From: Calditrichota bacterium
Lineage (GTDB): Bacteria; Electryoneota; RPQS01
Length of the DNA: 64,000 nt
Direction: 5' to 3'
NCBI GenBank assembly: GCA_020637445.1
Contig: JACJVZ010000003.1
Span: 210,150 to 274,149 of the forward strand
Below, in pieces: positions 39,508 through 50,135 of this stretch (the first letter of the stretch is position 1; every line of letters begins with the position of its first letter). The translations under genes were made by a program, and so were the position numbers. The notes under the pieces are model-generated. The model was not told the DNA's origin. It did not search any database and saw nothing but the letters and a program-made list of their open reading frames with translations.

Positions 39508-39957
39508 TTACTTGGAAACCTTGATCGTGCGGCTCTTGGCCTCTTCGGCCTTGGGGAGCGTGACCTTCAGGACGCCGTCGCTGTAGTTGGCGGAAACGCG
39601 GTCGCCTGTGATGTTGTTCGGCAGGCTGAAACTGCGTTCGAACTTGCCGTAGCTGCGCTCGACGCGGACGAAGTTGTCCTTTTCTTCCTTGATTTCGCGC
39701 TTTTTTTCACCCGAAATGGTAAGGACATTGTTGTTCAGGGTAATGTTGATGTCCTCTTCGCGCATGCCGGGAAGTTCGGCATGAATTTCATAGCTGTCGG
39801 GATTTTCGGCGATATCGACATCGGGGGCCCAGCTTCGCATGATGCCGCCCTTGTTCCAGCCCATCAGTTCATTCAGGGCTTCATCCAGATTGCCTACGGG
39901 GAAACCCGGTTGCATGTGACGGGGAACGTACTTCGTGATCTTCATGGTGATCTCCAT
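39508..39957 (-). CDS. Hsp20/alpha-crystallin family small heat-shock protein
   Basis: Alpha-crystallin domain (APDVDIAENPDSYEIHAELPGMREEDINIT...GVLKVTLPK); alternative start at second ATG (39945), which has a GGAG-like SD. Confidence 0.9.
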   Translation of the reverse strand: MEITMKITKYVPRHMQPGFPVGNLDEALNELMGWNKGGIMRSWAPDVDIAENPDSYEIHAELPGMREEDINITLNNNVLTISGEKKREIKEEKDNFVRVERSYGKFERSFSLPNNITGDRVSANYSDGVLKVTLPKAEEAKSRTIKVSK

Positions 39958-40191
39958 ATCTTTGGTTTGTTGTAGAAAGGGTAAAGAGTTCTGCAGTCAT
40001 TGTGACACTGACCCTTAAGGCAACGGAAATGCCAATTGTGTAAAAAATTGTTTTACAAACAGATAGCGAGAATTTGAAATTTTCTGCATCTGCAACGGTG
40101 GCAGAGTGGGCTGTTAATCCGACAGGTATTATGTCGCATTGGCAGGCAGATGACAGGAGAGATTCAGAAGCCCCCCTTTATCCCCCATTTC

Positions 40192-40219
40192 TCGCGGTGG
40201 CATCTGCTGCGGGTGCCCC
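40192..40219. repeat. Palindromic repeat family 1, copy 3 (inverted, degenerate)
   Basis: cgcggtggcatctgctgcgggtgcccca is 24/28 identical to the reverse complement of copy 1; the stem is kept on the plus-strand transcript only through G-U pairs. Confidence 0.55.
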
Positions 40220-40390
40220 ATACCGAGTCATTTATCGGATTGCGGCGGGAAACCGCTCGCGAAATTCCCACTTGGTGAACAAGACGGAAATGGGGGGAGA
40301 CCGGAGGTTGCATATTCGCCTTTGAGTGGGTATCTTTTTAGATTCCAAGCTCCTTGCGAGTTTCAACCGCTAACTTTGCCCCTGCCACCA

Positions 40391-41155
40391 ATGACCTCAA
40401 AGAAGCTCTGCCCTCACTGCCTCAAAGTCATCCCACTAAAGCACCGATTCAAGTCCAAATGCCCGCATTGTTTTCGTCCGCTCCGCCGCAAGAGTGAAGG
40501 CGAACGAAGCACCCTTGCCCTCTGGTTGGAAGACCGCGGAAAATACTGGTGGTTTTTCATACTGATTATCATCTGCGTGATCGGCGCCATGATCGGACAA
40601 ATGGCGGGACGGCATTCCTCGTTTCTGAATTTTATCAGCGAACACCCGATCATGTTCATGTTGACGCTGTATTATTTGGGAGCGTTCGCGTCGCTGATTT
40701 CGCGCATGTATATTCCGCTGATGTTGGGAGCGCCGCGCATTTTGAGGCGGGAACGGTCTCAGATTACACAGTACAAAGTATTCACGGCCGTCGGCATGCT
40801 GCTGGGTTTGGGTTTGGCGCTGTTTGTCGTTGGAGCCAACCAGTTTTTCGTTATGTTTCCGGCGAGCGTGTTTTTGTTTACGCTTCCGATAGCGATCTTG
40901 TGGGCCTATCTTGCTTTGGTATTGCAGGAGCAGGACTATGAAGACGAGCGCGTCTGGTCATATTTGACGGAGCTTGGCGGAGGTGACAGACTGGACCACC
41001 GTCACAACGGCTATCTTGTGTTGATCATGGTTCCGTTGGCGGCTCTGTTGTTTTATTGGATGATGCAGAACCAGTGGATATATTATTGGTTCTCCGATTC
41101 GACACTTGTTTCAATGTTTAAGGAATTGTACATGCGCGCAACGGGCCGCATGTAA
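40391..41155 (+). CDS. Hypothetical membrane protein with N-terminal zinc-ribbon (CPHC...CPHC)
   Basis: Start at internal Met MTSKKLCPHC; several TM helices. Confidence 0.55.
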   Translation: MTSKKLCPHCLKVIPLKHRFKSKCPHCFRPLRRKSEGERSTLALWLEDRGKYWWFFILIIICVIGAMIGQMAGRHSSFLNFISEHPIMFMLTLYYLGAFASLISRMYIPLMLGAPRILRRERSQITQYKVFTAVGMLLGLGLALFVVGANQFFVMFPASVFLFTLPIAILWAYLALVLQEQDYEDERVWSYLTELGGGDRLDHRHNGYLVLIMVPLAALLFYWMMQNQWIYYWFSDSTLVSMFKELYMRATGRM

Positions 41156-41164
41156 TCCTGTTTC

Positions 41165-42253
41165 ATGTCACAATTCAAGTCGCGAGGCAAAAAGAAGAAG
41201 AGAAGAACCGCGCACAAAGCCGGCCAGCTTCCGGGCAGCGTTGTCTACGGGGGCGAAAACGGCCGGGAGTCGGTGCTTCGCGGAGTTCGGTACGACGCCG
41301 TGACTTTTGAGGAAAAGCCGCTTGCCAACGCAAGTGAGGTCAAGGAGTTTCTCGGCCAGCCCGGAGTCAAATGGGTGAATCTGGACGGGCTTTCTGACAC
41401 GAAGTTGCTCGAAGAGATTGGCAGAGTCTTGGAGTTGCATTCGCTGGTGCTTGAAGATATCGCAAACACACAGCAACGCACAAAAATTGAGGAAGACAAC
41501 AACCAATTTGTGTTGTTTCTAAGAGACTTTGACAGAAACTCAGAGACACACGGTTTGGAGGATTCGCAAGTCGCGATTGCGCTCGGCGAAGATTTTGTAT
41601 TCACATTTTGCGAGCGAGAACCGACCGAATTCACATTAATGCTCGGCAGGCTTGCCTCGAATCAAGGAATAGCCCGCAGCAACGGCGCGGACTATTTGGT
41701 GTATCGGATGCTCGACTTGCTGGTGGATCAGTATTTTGTGATGCTCGACGACGAGAGCAACAAACTGGACCAGCTCCAAGCCAAGATCATGGATGATCCG
41801 ACTGACCGGGGAATCCTAAGCGAACTTTTTGACACACGTCAAGAACTTCAAGCGCTCAGATACGGGATATTGCCGCTGCGGGACGTGCTGGCGGCACTCG
41901 AGCGGCGGGACACAGCGCTCATTCAGCCGGGAACAAAAGCGTATTTACGCGACGTATATGATCACGCGCTCAACGTCTCGGAGTCCATTGATTCGCTGCG
42001 GGACTTGCAGGCGACGGCTTTGGAGGTCTATCTTTCCCGGCTTTCGCTTCGACAGAACGACGTTGTGCGGGTACTCACTGTGATTTCGACGGTGTTCCTG
42101 CCACTGACCTTTTTTGTCGGGGTATGGGGTATGAACTTCATCAACATGCCCGAGCTGCATTGGCACAACGGCTATTTCCTGGCGCTGGGTTTCATGGCGC
42201 TGTTGTTGGTGGGCATGCTCCTGTACTTCAAAAGGAAGGGTTGGTTTTCGTAG
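41165..42253 (+). CDS. corA: Magnesium/cobalt transporter CorA
   Basis: C-terminal two TM helices with GVWGMNF (GMN) signature. Confidence 0.9.
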   Translation: MSQFKSRGKKKKRRTAHKAGQLPGSVVYGGENGRESVLRGVRYDAVTFEEKPLANASEVKEFLGQPGVKWVNLDGLSDTKLLEEIGRVLELHSLVLEDIANTQQRTKIEEDNNQFVLFLRDFDRNSETHGLEDSQVAIALGEDFVFTFCEREPTEFTLMLGRLASNQGIARSNGADYLVYRMLDLLVDQYFVMLDDESNKLDQLQAKIMDDPTDRGILSELFDTRQELQALRYGILPLRDVLAALERRDTALIQPGTKAYLRDVYDHALNVSESIDSLRDLQATALEVYLSRLSLRQNDVVRVLTVISTVFLPLTFFVGVWGMNFINMPELHWHNGYFLALGFMALLLVGMLLYFKRKGWFS

Positions 42254-42314
42254 CAGAGACAACGGCAATTCTGGTTGGTGATTACAGTCGCTGTCAACTC
42301 GATCGGAGGTTTCC

Positions 42315-42764
42315 ATGACATATCATTTCCCAAAACCGTTTGTCCACGACCATCCGCCAATTCAGAACGTAAATGACATCATTCAGGATCGGCTGACATT
42401 CGGGCAGAAAGCGGCAGATCGCATCGCTCAAATGGTCGGGTCTTGGCGGTTCATCATCATTCAATCTTGCCTGCTGGCAGCTTGGGCTGCCGTGAATGTA
42501 GTCGCGTGGACGCATCATTGGGATCCCTATCCATTTATTCTGATGAATCTTTTTCTTTCCCTGCAAGCTGCATACACGGCGCCGATGATCATGATGAGTC
42601 AGAACAGGCAAAACGCGCGGGATCGGGTGGAAGCTCACGTGGACTACTTGACAAATCAAAAAGCTGAAGTCGAGATCCGGGCGGTTCTGGATCATTTAGC
42701 CGCACAGGATCAAGCGCTTGCAAAGTTGATCGACCAAGTATCGACGATTCAAAAGGCAAATTGA
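42315..42764 (+). CDS. DUF1003-family membrane protein
   Basis: GSWRF...WDPYPFILMNLFLSLQAAYTAPMIMMSQNRQ motif block. Confidence 0.65.
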   Translation: MTYHFPKPFVHDHPPIQNVNDIIQDRLTFGQKAADRIAQMVGSWRFIIIQSCLLAAWAAVNVVAWTHHWDPYPFILMNLFLSLQAAYTAPMIMMSQNRQNARDRVEAHVDYLTNQKAEVEIRAVLDHLAAQDQALAKLIDQVSTIQKAN

Positions 42765-42820
42765 CGATATTGATTTAGCGGTACCATAAAGAAAAACACA
42801 TCACAAAAAAATATACTCGC

Positions 42821-44845
42821 ATGACACGCAAGACACGCACACAGAAGAAAGTCCCTGTTTCGATTCACGATTTCAAGAAGTTTGAAATGCCCAAATCGAT
42901 TTCGTTGTCACCTGACGGGAAGCTCGCGGCTTATACGCGCTCCTGGATCGACGAAAAGCAGAACAAGACTTTTGCGAATTTGCACATTCTCGATTTGACT
43001 ACGGGCGAAACTCGCCAGTGGACGAAGGGAGAACATACGGATCGTTCGCCCAAATGGTCGCGTGACGGAAGAAGGCTCGCGTTCTTTCGCCATGAAAAAG
43101 GCGAGGACAGAATTTATTGTTTGAGCCGTGACGGCGGCGCGGCCGACCTTGTGTGGAAGGGCCGCGGTTCGCTGGCCGGCATGGAATGGGCTCTCGACGA
43201 TGCGATGCTTGTGGTGAAATTTCGCAAAGCCGATCCGGACAAAGATGCTGAGAAGGCGATAGCCGAAGGCAAGGATCCCGAAAGCAAGACTCCCGTTGCG
43301 CGCAGAATCACGAGACTTTATTACCGTTTGGACGGCGCGGGGTATTTGCCGGAAGACCGCTACCATCTTTACACGCTCGATTTGAAGAGCAAAACATGGA
43401 AGCAGATTTCACAAGGACATGCCGATGACGGATCGTTCGCGATTTCGGCGGACGGGACGGTGCTTGCCTACATGGGCAACACACATCGTGATCCTGACCG
43501 CAATCCTTACGATAACGATTTGCACTTCGTGAATCTGAAGAGCGGCCGCCGCAATGTGTATGAAGGGCCGCAGGGCGAAAAGGGGAGTTTGAGTTTTTCG
43601 CCGGACGGAAAGTGGCTGGTCTATTTGGGGCATCACAACAAGCAGGATGCCTGGGGAGTCGAACCGGTGCACCCGTGGCGCATCGATTTGCGCAGCGGCA
43701 AGATGAAGAATCTCACGCCCGATTACGACCGTCAGCCGATGGATCTGTCGCTGGGGGACATCGGTTTTGATTTCGAAGAGCCGAAAGTTTGCTGGAGCAA
43801 AGACAGCAAGTCGCTCTACTATCCGGTTTCGGACCGCGGGGACACGGTGGTTGTGAAACTTGCCGTGAACGGTGGAACGCCGGAGAAGTTCTGGAGTGCG
43901 AAGGGTCAGGCTCCGATGTTTGACCTGCGGAACAATACGATGGCGCTGGTGCATGCGGATTTTCATTCGCTGGGTGATATCCACGTGTGCGCGGACATTT
44001 CCAAACGCGGCGCGACGTTCCGCAAAATTTTGACACACAATCAAGACTATCTGAAATCGATTGAAACGTCAAAAGTCATGGACGTGTGGGTTCCCTCAAC
44101 GGACAAGACGCGCGTGCATACGTTTGTGTTTACGCCGCCGAATTTTTCACCGCGCAAGAAATATCCCGCGATTATTTATGTCCACGGCGGACCGCGCACG
44201 CAATACGCGCGCGCCTTCTTCCACGAAATGCACTTCTTGGCGGCGAACGGGTATGTTGTGGCTTGTCCAAATCCGCGTGGCAGTCAAGGGTATGGAAAAG
44301 CCTTTGCAGAAGCGATTGTCGCGGCATGGGGTACGAAGGATTGGGAAGACATCGAAGCCGTGGCCGATTGGCTCGACGCGCAGAAATTCGTCCAGAAGAA
44401 GCACGTCGCGATTTGCGGCGGAAGTTACGGCGGCTACATGACGAACTGGGCTTTGGGACAGACGCGCAGATTCCGCTGTGGTGTGACGGACCGCTCGGTG
44501 GTTGAACTAAAGACGTTTGCGGGCTCGTCGGATATCGGTTATCTGGACAATCTTGAGTTCGGCGGATACTACTGGCAGAATCCGGAAGGCTATGAAAAAA
44601 TGTCGCCGCTGACGTACGCGCACAACATCAAGGATCCGCTGTTGATCGTACACAGTGAAATGGATCAGCGCTGCAACATCGAGCAGGCAGAACAGTTGTT
44701 CGTCGCGATTAAGGTACGCGGCAGGACGGTTGAGATGCTGCGCTTCCCGGAAGAATCGCACGGGCTTTCGCGCGGAGGAAGACCGGATCGCAGAGTCGTT
44801 AGAATGCAGGCGTATTTGGATTGGTTCAATAAGTATTTGAGATGA
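42821..44845 (+). CDS. S9 family serine peptidase (prolyl oligopeptidase/acylaminoacyl-peptidase-like) with N-terminal beta-propeller
   Basis: Catalytic serine in GGSYGGYM; IYVHGGP...; C-terminal Asp/His region. Confidence 0.85.
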   Translation: MTRKTRTQKKVPVSIHDFKKFEMPKSISLSPDGKLAAYTRSWIDEKQNKTFANLHILDLTTGETRQWTKGEHTDRSPKWSRDGRRLAFFRHEKGEDRIYCLSRDGGAADLVWKGRGSLAGMEWALDDAMLVVKFRKADPDKDAEKAIAEGKDPESKTPVARRITRLYYRLDGAGYLPEDRYHLYTLDLKSKTWKQISQGHADDGSFAISADGTVLAYMGNTHRDPDRNPYDNDLHFVNLKSGRRNVYEGPQGEKGSLSFSPDGKWLVYLGHHNKQDAWGVEPVHPWRIDLRSGKMKNLTPDYDRQPMDLSLGDIGFDFEEPKVCWSKDSKSLYYPVSDRGDTVVVKLAVNGGTPEKFWSAKGQAPMFDLRNNTMALVHADFHSLGDIHVCADISKRGATFRKILTHNQDYLKSIETSKVMDVWVPSTDKTRVHTFVFTPPNFSPRKKYPAIIYVHGGPRTQYARAFFHEMHFLAANGYVVACPNPRGSQGYGKAFAEAIVAAWGTKDWEDIEAVADWLDAQKFVQKKHVAICGGSYGGYMTNWALGQTRRFRCGVTDRSVVELKTFAGSSDIGYLDNLEFGGYYWQNPEGYEKMSPLTYAHNIKDPLLIVHSEMDQRCNIEQAEQLFVAIKVRGRTVEMLRFPEESHGLSRGGRPDRRVVRMQAYLDWFNKYLR

Positions 44846-45432
44846 GCAAGTCCCCGAAGCGCTGCGCGTGGCCGTCTGACGATGAGTTGATGATGGCCTA
44901 TCACGACGAGGAATGGGGTGTGCCGGTCTTGGATGACCGGAAACACTTCGAGTTCTTGGTGCTTGATTGTTTTCAGGCCGGGTTGTCGTGGCGCACGATT
45001 CTTTATAAGCGCGAGAACTTCCGCAAGGCTTTCGCGAATTTCGACTATAAGAAGGTCGCGAAGTTCGGCGACAAGGAATTCGAGCGGTTGATGAACGACG
45101 CCGGGATCATTCGCAACCGACTAAAGATCTTGGGAACAATTCAGAACGCGAAGATGCTTCTGGAAGTCCAGAAGGAATTCGGGAGCTTCAATAAGTATAT
45201 CTGGCAGTTCACGAAGGGCAAGCAGCTCAACAGCAAGATTGGCACGATTAAAGAAATTCCCGCGAAGACGGCTGTCTCGGATGAGATGAGTAAAGACTTG
45301 AAGAAGCGCGGGTTCAAATTTGTGGGATCAACGATTTGCTACGCATACATGCAGGCTGCGGGGATGGTAAACGACCACGAGACGATCTGTTTCCGCCACA
45401 AGGAGTGCACGGCGCTGGCCAAGCAGATGTGA
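44842..45432 (+). CDS. tag: DNA-3-methyladenine glycosylase I
   Basis: RCAWPSDDELMMAYHDEEWGVP and FEFLVLDCFQAGLSW match Tag; 4-nt overlap with upstream gene. Confidence 0.9.
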   Translation: MSKSPKRCAWPSDDELMMAYHDEEWGVPVLDDRKHFEFLVLDCFQAGLSWRTILYKRENFRKAFANFDYKKVAKFGDKEFERLMNDAGIIRNRLKILGTIQNAKMLLEVQKEFGSFNKYIWQFTKGKQLNSKIGTIKEIPAKTAVSDEMSKDLKKRGFKFVGSTICYAYMQAAGMVNDHETICFRHKECTALAKQM

Positions 45433-45448
45433 TAGCAGTGAAATCGAT

Positions 45449-46021
45449 ATGAGGCTTATGCGGATCGCAATCATACCCGGCTCGCTTAGAGCCGGTTCTT
45501 ACAACCGGAAACTTGCTCACGTCGCTGAAGAAATATTGAAACGTCACGACGGGGAGACGGATGTGATCGACTTAAAGGATCATCCGCTGCCCGTGTATGA
45601 CGGCGACCTCGAAGAGTCAGACGGTATTCCGGATGCATGTTGGAAATTGAAAGCGCGAATTGCGTCGGCGCATTCTGTCGTTGTATGTTCGCCGGAATAC
45701 AATGGCGGCACACCGGGGATGCTGAAGAACACGCTCGATTGGACGACACGCGGCGGATCGAATCCGTGGAGCGGAAAAGTGGTGATGTTGATGGGCGCGT
45801 CGGACGGTCCGTGGGGAACGAACCGTATGCAGCCGAGTTTGCGTGCGTCGTTTGCGGTGATGGGCGCGCTGGTGATTCCGCAGACGGTGACGATTCCGCG
45901 TGCGAGCACGGTTTGGGATGAAGCAGGGAAATTACTTGATGAGAACTTGCCTGGAAGAGTGGAGAAAGCTCTCGCGGGCCTGATGGATGTTACCCGAAAG
46001 ATGACGGCAGAGCGGCTCTAA
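45449..46021 (+). CDS. NAD(P)H-dependent FMN reductase family oxidoreductase
   Basis: RIAIIPGSLRAGSYNRKLA and CSPEYNGGTPGMLKNTLDW flavodoxin-like motifs. Confidence 0.8.
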   Translation: MRLMRIAIIPGSLRAGSYNRKLAHVAEEILKRHDGETDVIDLKDHPLPVYDGDLEESDGIPDACWKLKARIASAHSVVVCSPEYNGGTPGMLKNTLDWTTRGGSNPWSGKVVMLMGASDGPWGTNRMQPSLRASFAVMGALVIPQTVTIPRASTVWDEAGKLLDENLPGRVEKALAGLMDVTRKMTAERL

Positions 46022-46042
46022 CGAGCTGCTTTTGTTTGAGAG

Positions 46043-47035
46043 ATGGCTGCGATCTACCGATGGATCATGCGCGTCGCGCTGTTTGTCAGTGCGATTTTCA
46101 TTCTGTTCGTGCTGCGCGAATTGGTGACGTGGTATGTCTTTTTTGAGAAATTCGGAGCGTGGGCTGGAATTGCTTATGTAGTTGGTGTGTTAGGATTGGT
46201 GAGCTATTTTGTCGTTCTGCCGATTTGGAATATTTTCGCGCTGCCGAGTTTCGGAACACCGGTTGAAAATCCCAGCGAGAAACAGAAGCGGCAAATGCTT
46301 GAGCGGCGCGGAAGAATTTTGGGATTGTCGCGCTCTGAAGTGAAATCTCGCGGTGAAGCGGAGCTGCTCTCCTACATACATAAGGAAATCGCAAGACGGT
46401 CGGAAGAGGCTGCAGCCATCCGGCGTAAACATGTAACTGTTACCTTCATCGGCACGGCGGCGTCGCAAAGCGCGGTGGTGGATTTGTTCGTGGTGATTTC
46501 GGCGGCGCTGAAAGTGACGTGGAAGACGTTTCAGGTGTACGGTGTACGCACACCGTTGAAAGATACGCTGGCGATTTTCAGAGAGATTGCGGTCGGCGGT
46601 GCGCTGGGAGCGAGTGAAATCGCGGAGACCGGAGGTGAAGTGTTCAGCCACTTTGCTTTCAAGAGCTTCTCAAAATTTCCGGCATGGAATTTCTTCGTGG
46701 AGTGTTTGGCCGACGGATTGGTGAACAGCTATTTGGTCTGCCGGATTGCGATGATTGCTGAAAATTATTGCGCGACGGCTTACACTGAGAAAGCCGCGCA
46801 CTGGCAGCCGACGGTGAAGGCGACGTACCGCGCGACGTTTGACATTTTGCATGAATCGGGCGACCAGATCAGGAAAGCGCTCGGGCCTTCGTATAAATGG
46901 GCGATAGACTTGCTATTTCGGCGCGCGAAATCCGATGCGGAACCCGCGGCGGAAGAGAGCAGTGAACAAAAAGGATTGATCACAAAATTAACTGAATATT
47001 TCAACAAGTGGCGAACAGGACCAGAGACAACATAA
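46043..47035 (+). CDS. Hypothetical membrane protein (possibly YcjF/DUF697-like)
   Basis: 330 aa; two N-terminal TM helices, charged linker, hydrophobic C-terminal region; 3' end overlaps typA by 28 nt; family assignment is tentative. Confidence 0.5.
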   Translation: MAAIYRWIMRVALFVSAIFILFVLRELVTWYVFFEKFGAWAGIAYVVGVLGLVSYFVVLPIWNIFALPSFGTPVENPSEKQKRQMLERRGRILGLSRSEVKSRGEAELLSYIHKEIARRSEEAAAIRRKHVTVTFIGTAASQSAVVDLFVVISAALKVTWKTFQVYGVRTPLKDTLAIFREIAVGGALGASEIAETGGEVFSHFAFKSFSKFPAWNFFVECLADGLVNSYLVCRIAMIAENYCATAYTEKAAHWQPTVKATYRATFDILHESGDQIRKALGPSYKWAIDLLFRRAKSDAEPAAEESSEQKGLITKLTEYFNKWRTGPETT

Positions 47036-48846
47036 GGAACGTGGCGATTATCGCGCACGTGGACCACGGTAAAACAACACTGGTGGATGCGATGCTGCAT
47101 CAGGCGGGCGTATTCCGCGACAATCAGCATGTGGCAGAGCGCGTGATGGATAAACTCGATCTCGAACGCGAAAAGGGAATCACGATTCTTTCGAAGAACA
47201 CGACGATTCACTGGCAAGACAATCTTGTCAATATTTTGGATACGCCGGGTCACGCGGACTTTGGCGGACAGGTGCAGCGGGTACTGCGTATGGTGGATGG
47301 ATGTTTGCTGCTGGTGGACGCGAGTGAAGGCCCGCTGCCGCAGACGAGGTATGTGCTTTCGAACGCACTCGAACTCGGTTTGTCACCGATTGTGGTGATC
47401 AACAAGATCGACCGTCCGGACGCGCGGATCGGTGAAGTGCTCGATGAAGTGCTTGAGCTGTTCTTGGATTTGGATGCTTCGGAAGAGCAATGTCATTTTC
47501 CTGTAGTGTACACGAACGCGAAAATAGGCACGGCGACGATGGATTTGAGCACTGAGGGCGAAAATTTGATGCCGCTGTTCAGATTGATATTCGACAAGGT
47601 TCCGCCGCCGAAGTATGACGATGAAGCTCCGCTCCAACTGCAGATTACGACGCTCGACTACAGTGACTACGTGGGACGCATCGGCATCGGCAGAATCGCA
47701 AATGGCACGATCAAACACGCGGAACAGATAGCGTTAATCAAACGCGACGGGACAAAGTCGCAGGCAAAGATTGCGCAGCTCTATACGTATGACGGATTGG
47801 CTCGCGTCGACGCAAAGAGCGCTTCCGCGGGTGAAATCGTGGCGGTGGCCGGAGTGGAAGACATGGACATCGGCGATACGATTACGTCGCTGACCGATCC
47901 GCGCCCGCTGCCTCCGCTGAAAATCGACGAGCCGACGCTCGAAATGGTGTTCGGTGTAAATACGTCGCCGTTTGCCGGACGGGAAGGGCAGTTTGTCACG
48001 ACACGTCAGATACGCGACAGGCTCTTCAAAGAGATTCAGGGCAATCCCGCGCTGCGAGTAGAAGATGCGGAAAGCGTCGAAGGCTACCGTGTGTATGGCC
48101 GCGGAGAATTGCAGATGGCAATTCTGATCGAGACCATGCGTCGCGAAGGTTTTGAGATGGGAGTCGGCAAGCCGCGCGTGTTGTTTAAGACGATAAACGG
48201 AGTGCGCGTCGAACCGTACGAAGAAGTATTGATGGATTGCCCGGAAGAATTCGTCGGAGTGGTCACCAGCACATTGGGCATGCGGCGCGGACGGATGACG
48301 CACATGACCGATCACGCAACGGGTTGGGTGCGGCTCACGTTTGAGATTCCGATGCGCGGTTTGATCGGCATTCGCCCGATTATGCTGACGATGACGCGCG
48401 GCACGGCGATCATGAACACGAACTTCCTCGAATACCGTCCGGTAGAGGGCGAAGTGACGCAGCGCGCGACGGGTGTTTTGGTGGCTGACCGCGAAGGCAA
48501 GGTGACGGCCTATGCTTTGAACAGCTTGCAGGATCGCGGTGAAGTATTTGTCGCGCCGGGAACACCGGTTTATGAAGGGATGATTTGCGGAGAAAATTCG
48601 CGCGACAACGACCTCGTCGTGAACATCGTGCGTGACAAGAAGTTGACGAACATGCGCGCGTCGGGAAGTGATGAGAATTACAAAATTGCGCCGCCGCGCC
48701 CGATGTCACTGGAAGAAGCGATTGCATTCATCAATGACGACGAGTTAGTGGAAGTGACCCCCAAGACTGTGCGGCTCAGAAAGTACTATTTGCGGGAAGA
48801 AGAGAGGAAACAAGCGGCTAAACGGGCGGCAGCGGCAGTCTCATAA
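47008..48846 (+). CDS. typA: Translational GTPase TypA/BipA
   Basis: GTG start; G-domain motifs [24 protein letters not shown]. Confidence 0.95.
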   Translation: MANRTRDNIRNVAIIAHVDHGKTTLVDAMLHQAGVFRDNQHVAERVMDKLDLEREKGITILSKNTTIHWQDNLVNILDTPGHADFGGQVQRVLRMVDGCLLLVDASEGPLPQTRYVLSNALELGLSPIVVINKIDRPDARIGEVLDEVLELFLDLDASEEQCHFPVVYTNAKIGTATMDLSTEGENLMPLFRLIFDKVPPPKYDDEAPLQLQITTLDYSDYVGRIGIGRIANGTIKHAEQIALIKRDGTKSQAKIAQLYTYDGLARVDAKSASAGEIVAVAGVEDMDIGDTITSLTDPRPLPPLKIDEPTLEMVFGVNTSPFAGREGQFVTTRQIRDRLFKEIQGNPALRVEDAESVEGYRVYGRGELQMAILIETMRREGFEMGVGKPRVLFKTINGVRVEPYEEVLMDCPEEFVGVVTSTLGMRRGRMTHMTDHATGWVRLTFEIPMRGLIGIRPIMLTMTRGTAIMNTNFLEYRPVEGEVTQRATGVLVADREGKVTAYALNSLQDRGEVFVAPGTPVYEGMICGENSRDNDLVVNIVRDKKLTNMRASGSDENYKIAPPRPMSLEEAIAFINDDELVEVTPKTVRLRKYYLREEERKQAAKRAAAAVS

Positions 48847-48888
48847 TTCTGCCCCAACTTCAGAGGACTCAATTATTTTGACCCGAAA

Positions 48889-48915
48889 AGGCAGGAGAAA
48901 TCCTGCCTTTTTTTG
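48889..48915 (+). terminator. Intrinsic terminator after typA
   Basis: Stem aggcagga / tcctgcct with loop gaaa, followed by T7. Confidence 0.85.
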
Positions 48916-49025
48916 TTGCAGAATTATGACACTTAGTGGCATATTTTTATTGCTTTGTAAGAATATGTTGTTATGTTCAATAATAATTCATTTGACATAA
49001 CATCCAATAAATCGAGGGAATAGCT

Positions 49026-50114
49026 ATGAAGAAGCTGATTTTAGTATTGGTCGTGGCCGGACTGGTTTCCAGCGCCACAGCAACGATTCGGACGGTGAGT
49101 CAGTTTGGGACAGCAGATTACACATCTGTTTCATCGGCGGTCAGTGCAAGCTCAACGGGCGACACGATTCTGGTATCGCCGGGATCTTACAACGACGCTA
49201 TCACCATCACATTTCGGACGATTACCATCATCGGCGCGGGTTGGGACGCGACTCAGATTTCGCCTTCAAGCGGAGCAGCGCTTACCCTGAGTACCAGTTC
49301 CAATGGATCAGTTCTTGAGGGAATGGCGATAGTGGCAAATACGACCGTGCTAAACACCGGAGGCAACACCGACTCGGTGACTATTCGGAGGTGCACAATG
49401 CAGACACCTCAGAATTTTGGATATTCATTGACCAACTGCCGGAGGATATATTTTGAGGATTGTGTCTTGACGTCCACTGCCAACAGCACAATGTTCAATG
49501 TTTCAGTTCAGACCAACTCAACGCTGACGCTGCGGGGCTGCATACTTGGATTCAACGGAACGTCAGCAAGTTCTTCTGTTTACTTTAGTGGAAACAACGG
49601 CAGTCCGGTCGAGATTACGAATTGTACATTCGTCAATTGCCGTCAGATTTTCAATTTGAGTGGGGCGCAGCCAGTTGTGGCGATCAACAATGTCCTTTAC
49701 GATTGGACGGGTGGCGTAAGTTGGGGATCCTATCTTGCGGGAAGCGTATTTGACTATAATGCATCGGATGCCACAGGTCCGGCGATTCCGGGTGACTTCA
49801 CGAATCATGTTTCACTTGGAGCAAACGATCCGTTCGTGAACTATGACGAGTCGCTAAATTATCAGCACGGAGTTAGTGATTTACACTTGAATGGCGGCAC
49901 GGGTGGATTATTGCTTACGGACGCAGGCAATCCTCTGATTTTTGATGTAGACGCGTCACAATCAGACGTGGGCGCCTATGGCGGCCCGAAGCCGCTGGTG
50001 GACAACGGAGTTCCGTCGTATCCGTTCGTGATCTCGCTTGATGTGCCGAACTTACTTGAGTCCGGCGACGATCTAAATGTATCTTCGACAGGCCGAGTCG
50101 GACCACGATATTAA
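49026..50114 (+). CDS. Secreted right-handed parallel beta-helix repeat protein
   Basis: Signal peptide MKKLILVLVVAGLVSSATA; repeated short beta-helix rungs rich in N-x-[ST]; no T9SS CTD. Confidence 0.7.
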   Translation: MKKLILVLVVAGLVSSATATIRTVSQFGTADYTSVSSAVSASSTGDTILVSPGSYNDAITITFRTITIIGAGWDATQISPSSGAALTLSTSSNGSVLEGMAIVANTTVLNTGGNTDSVTIRRCTMQTPQNFGYSLTNCRRIYFEDCVLTSTANSTMFNVSVQTNSTLTLRGCILGFNGTSASSSVYFSGNNGSPVEITNCTFVNCRQIFNLSGAQPVVAINNVLYDWTGGVSWGSYLAGSVFDYNASDATGPAIPGDFTNHVSLGANDPFVNYDESLNYQHGVSDLHLNGGTGGLLLTDAGNPLIFDVDASQSDVGAYGGPKPLVDNGVPSYPFVISLDVPNLLESGDDLNVSSTGRVGPRY

Positions 50115-50135
50115 ACAAACTCAGGAGGATTTCTC

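Noticed and set aside
40074-40325. 83-aa ORF in the hsp20 upstream intergenic region
   Set aside because: No RBS, low-complexity translation, overlaps repeat copy 3; more likely non-coding leader or promoter DNA.
43409-44044. 211-aa minus-strand ORF inside the S9 peptidase gene
   Set aside because: Antisense shadow ORF; the sense strand carries the catalytic GGSYGG motif.
48969-49002. 8-bp inverted repeat (tgttatgt / acataaca) with 18-nt spacer in the AT-rich region upstream of the beta-helix gene
   Set aside because: Short arms in AT-rich DNA are likely to occur by chance; no recognisable operator consensus.
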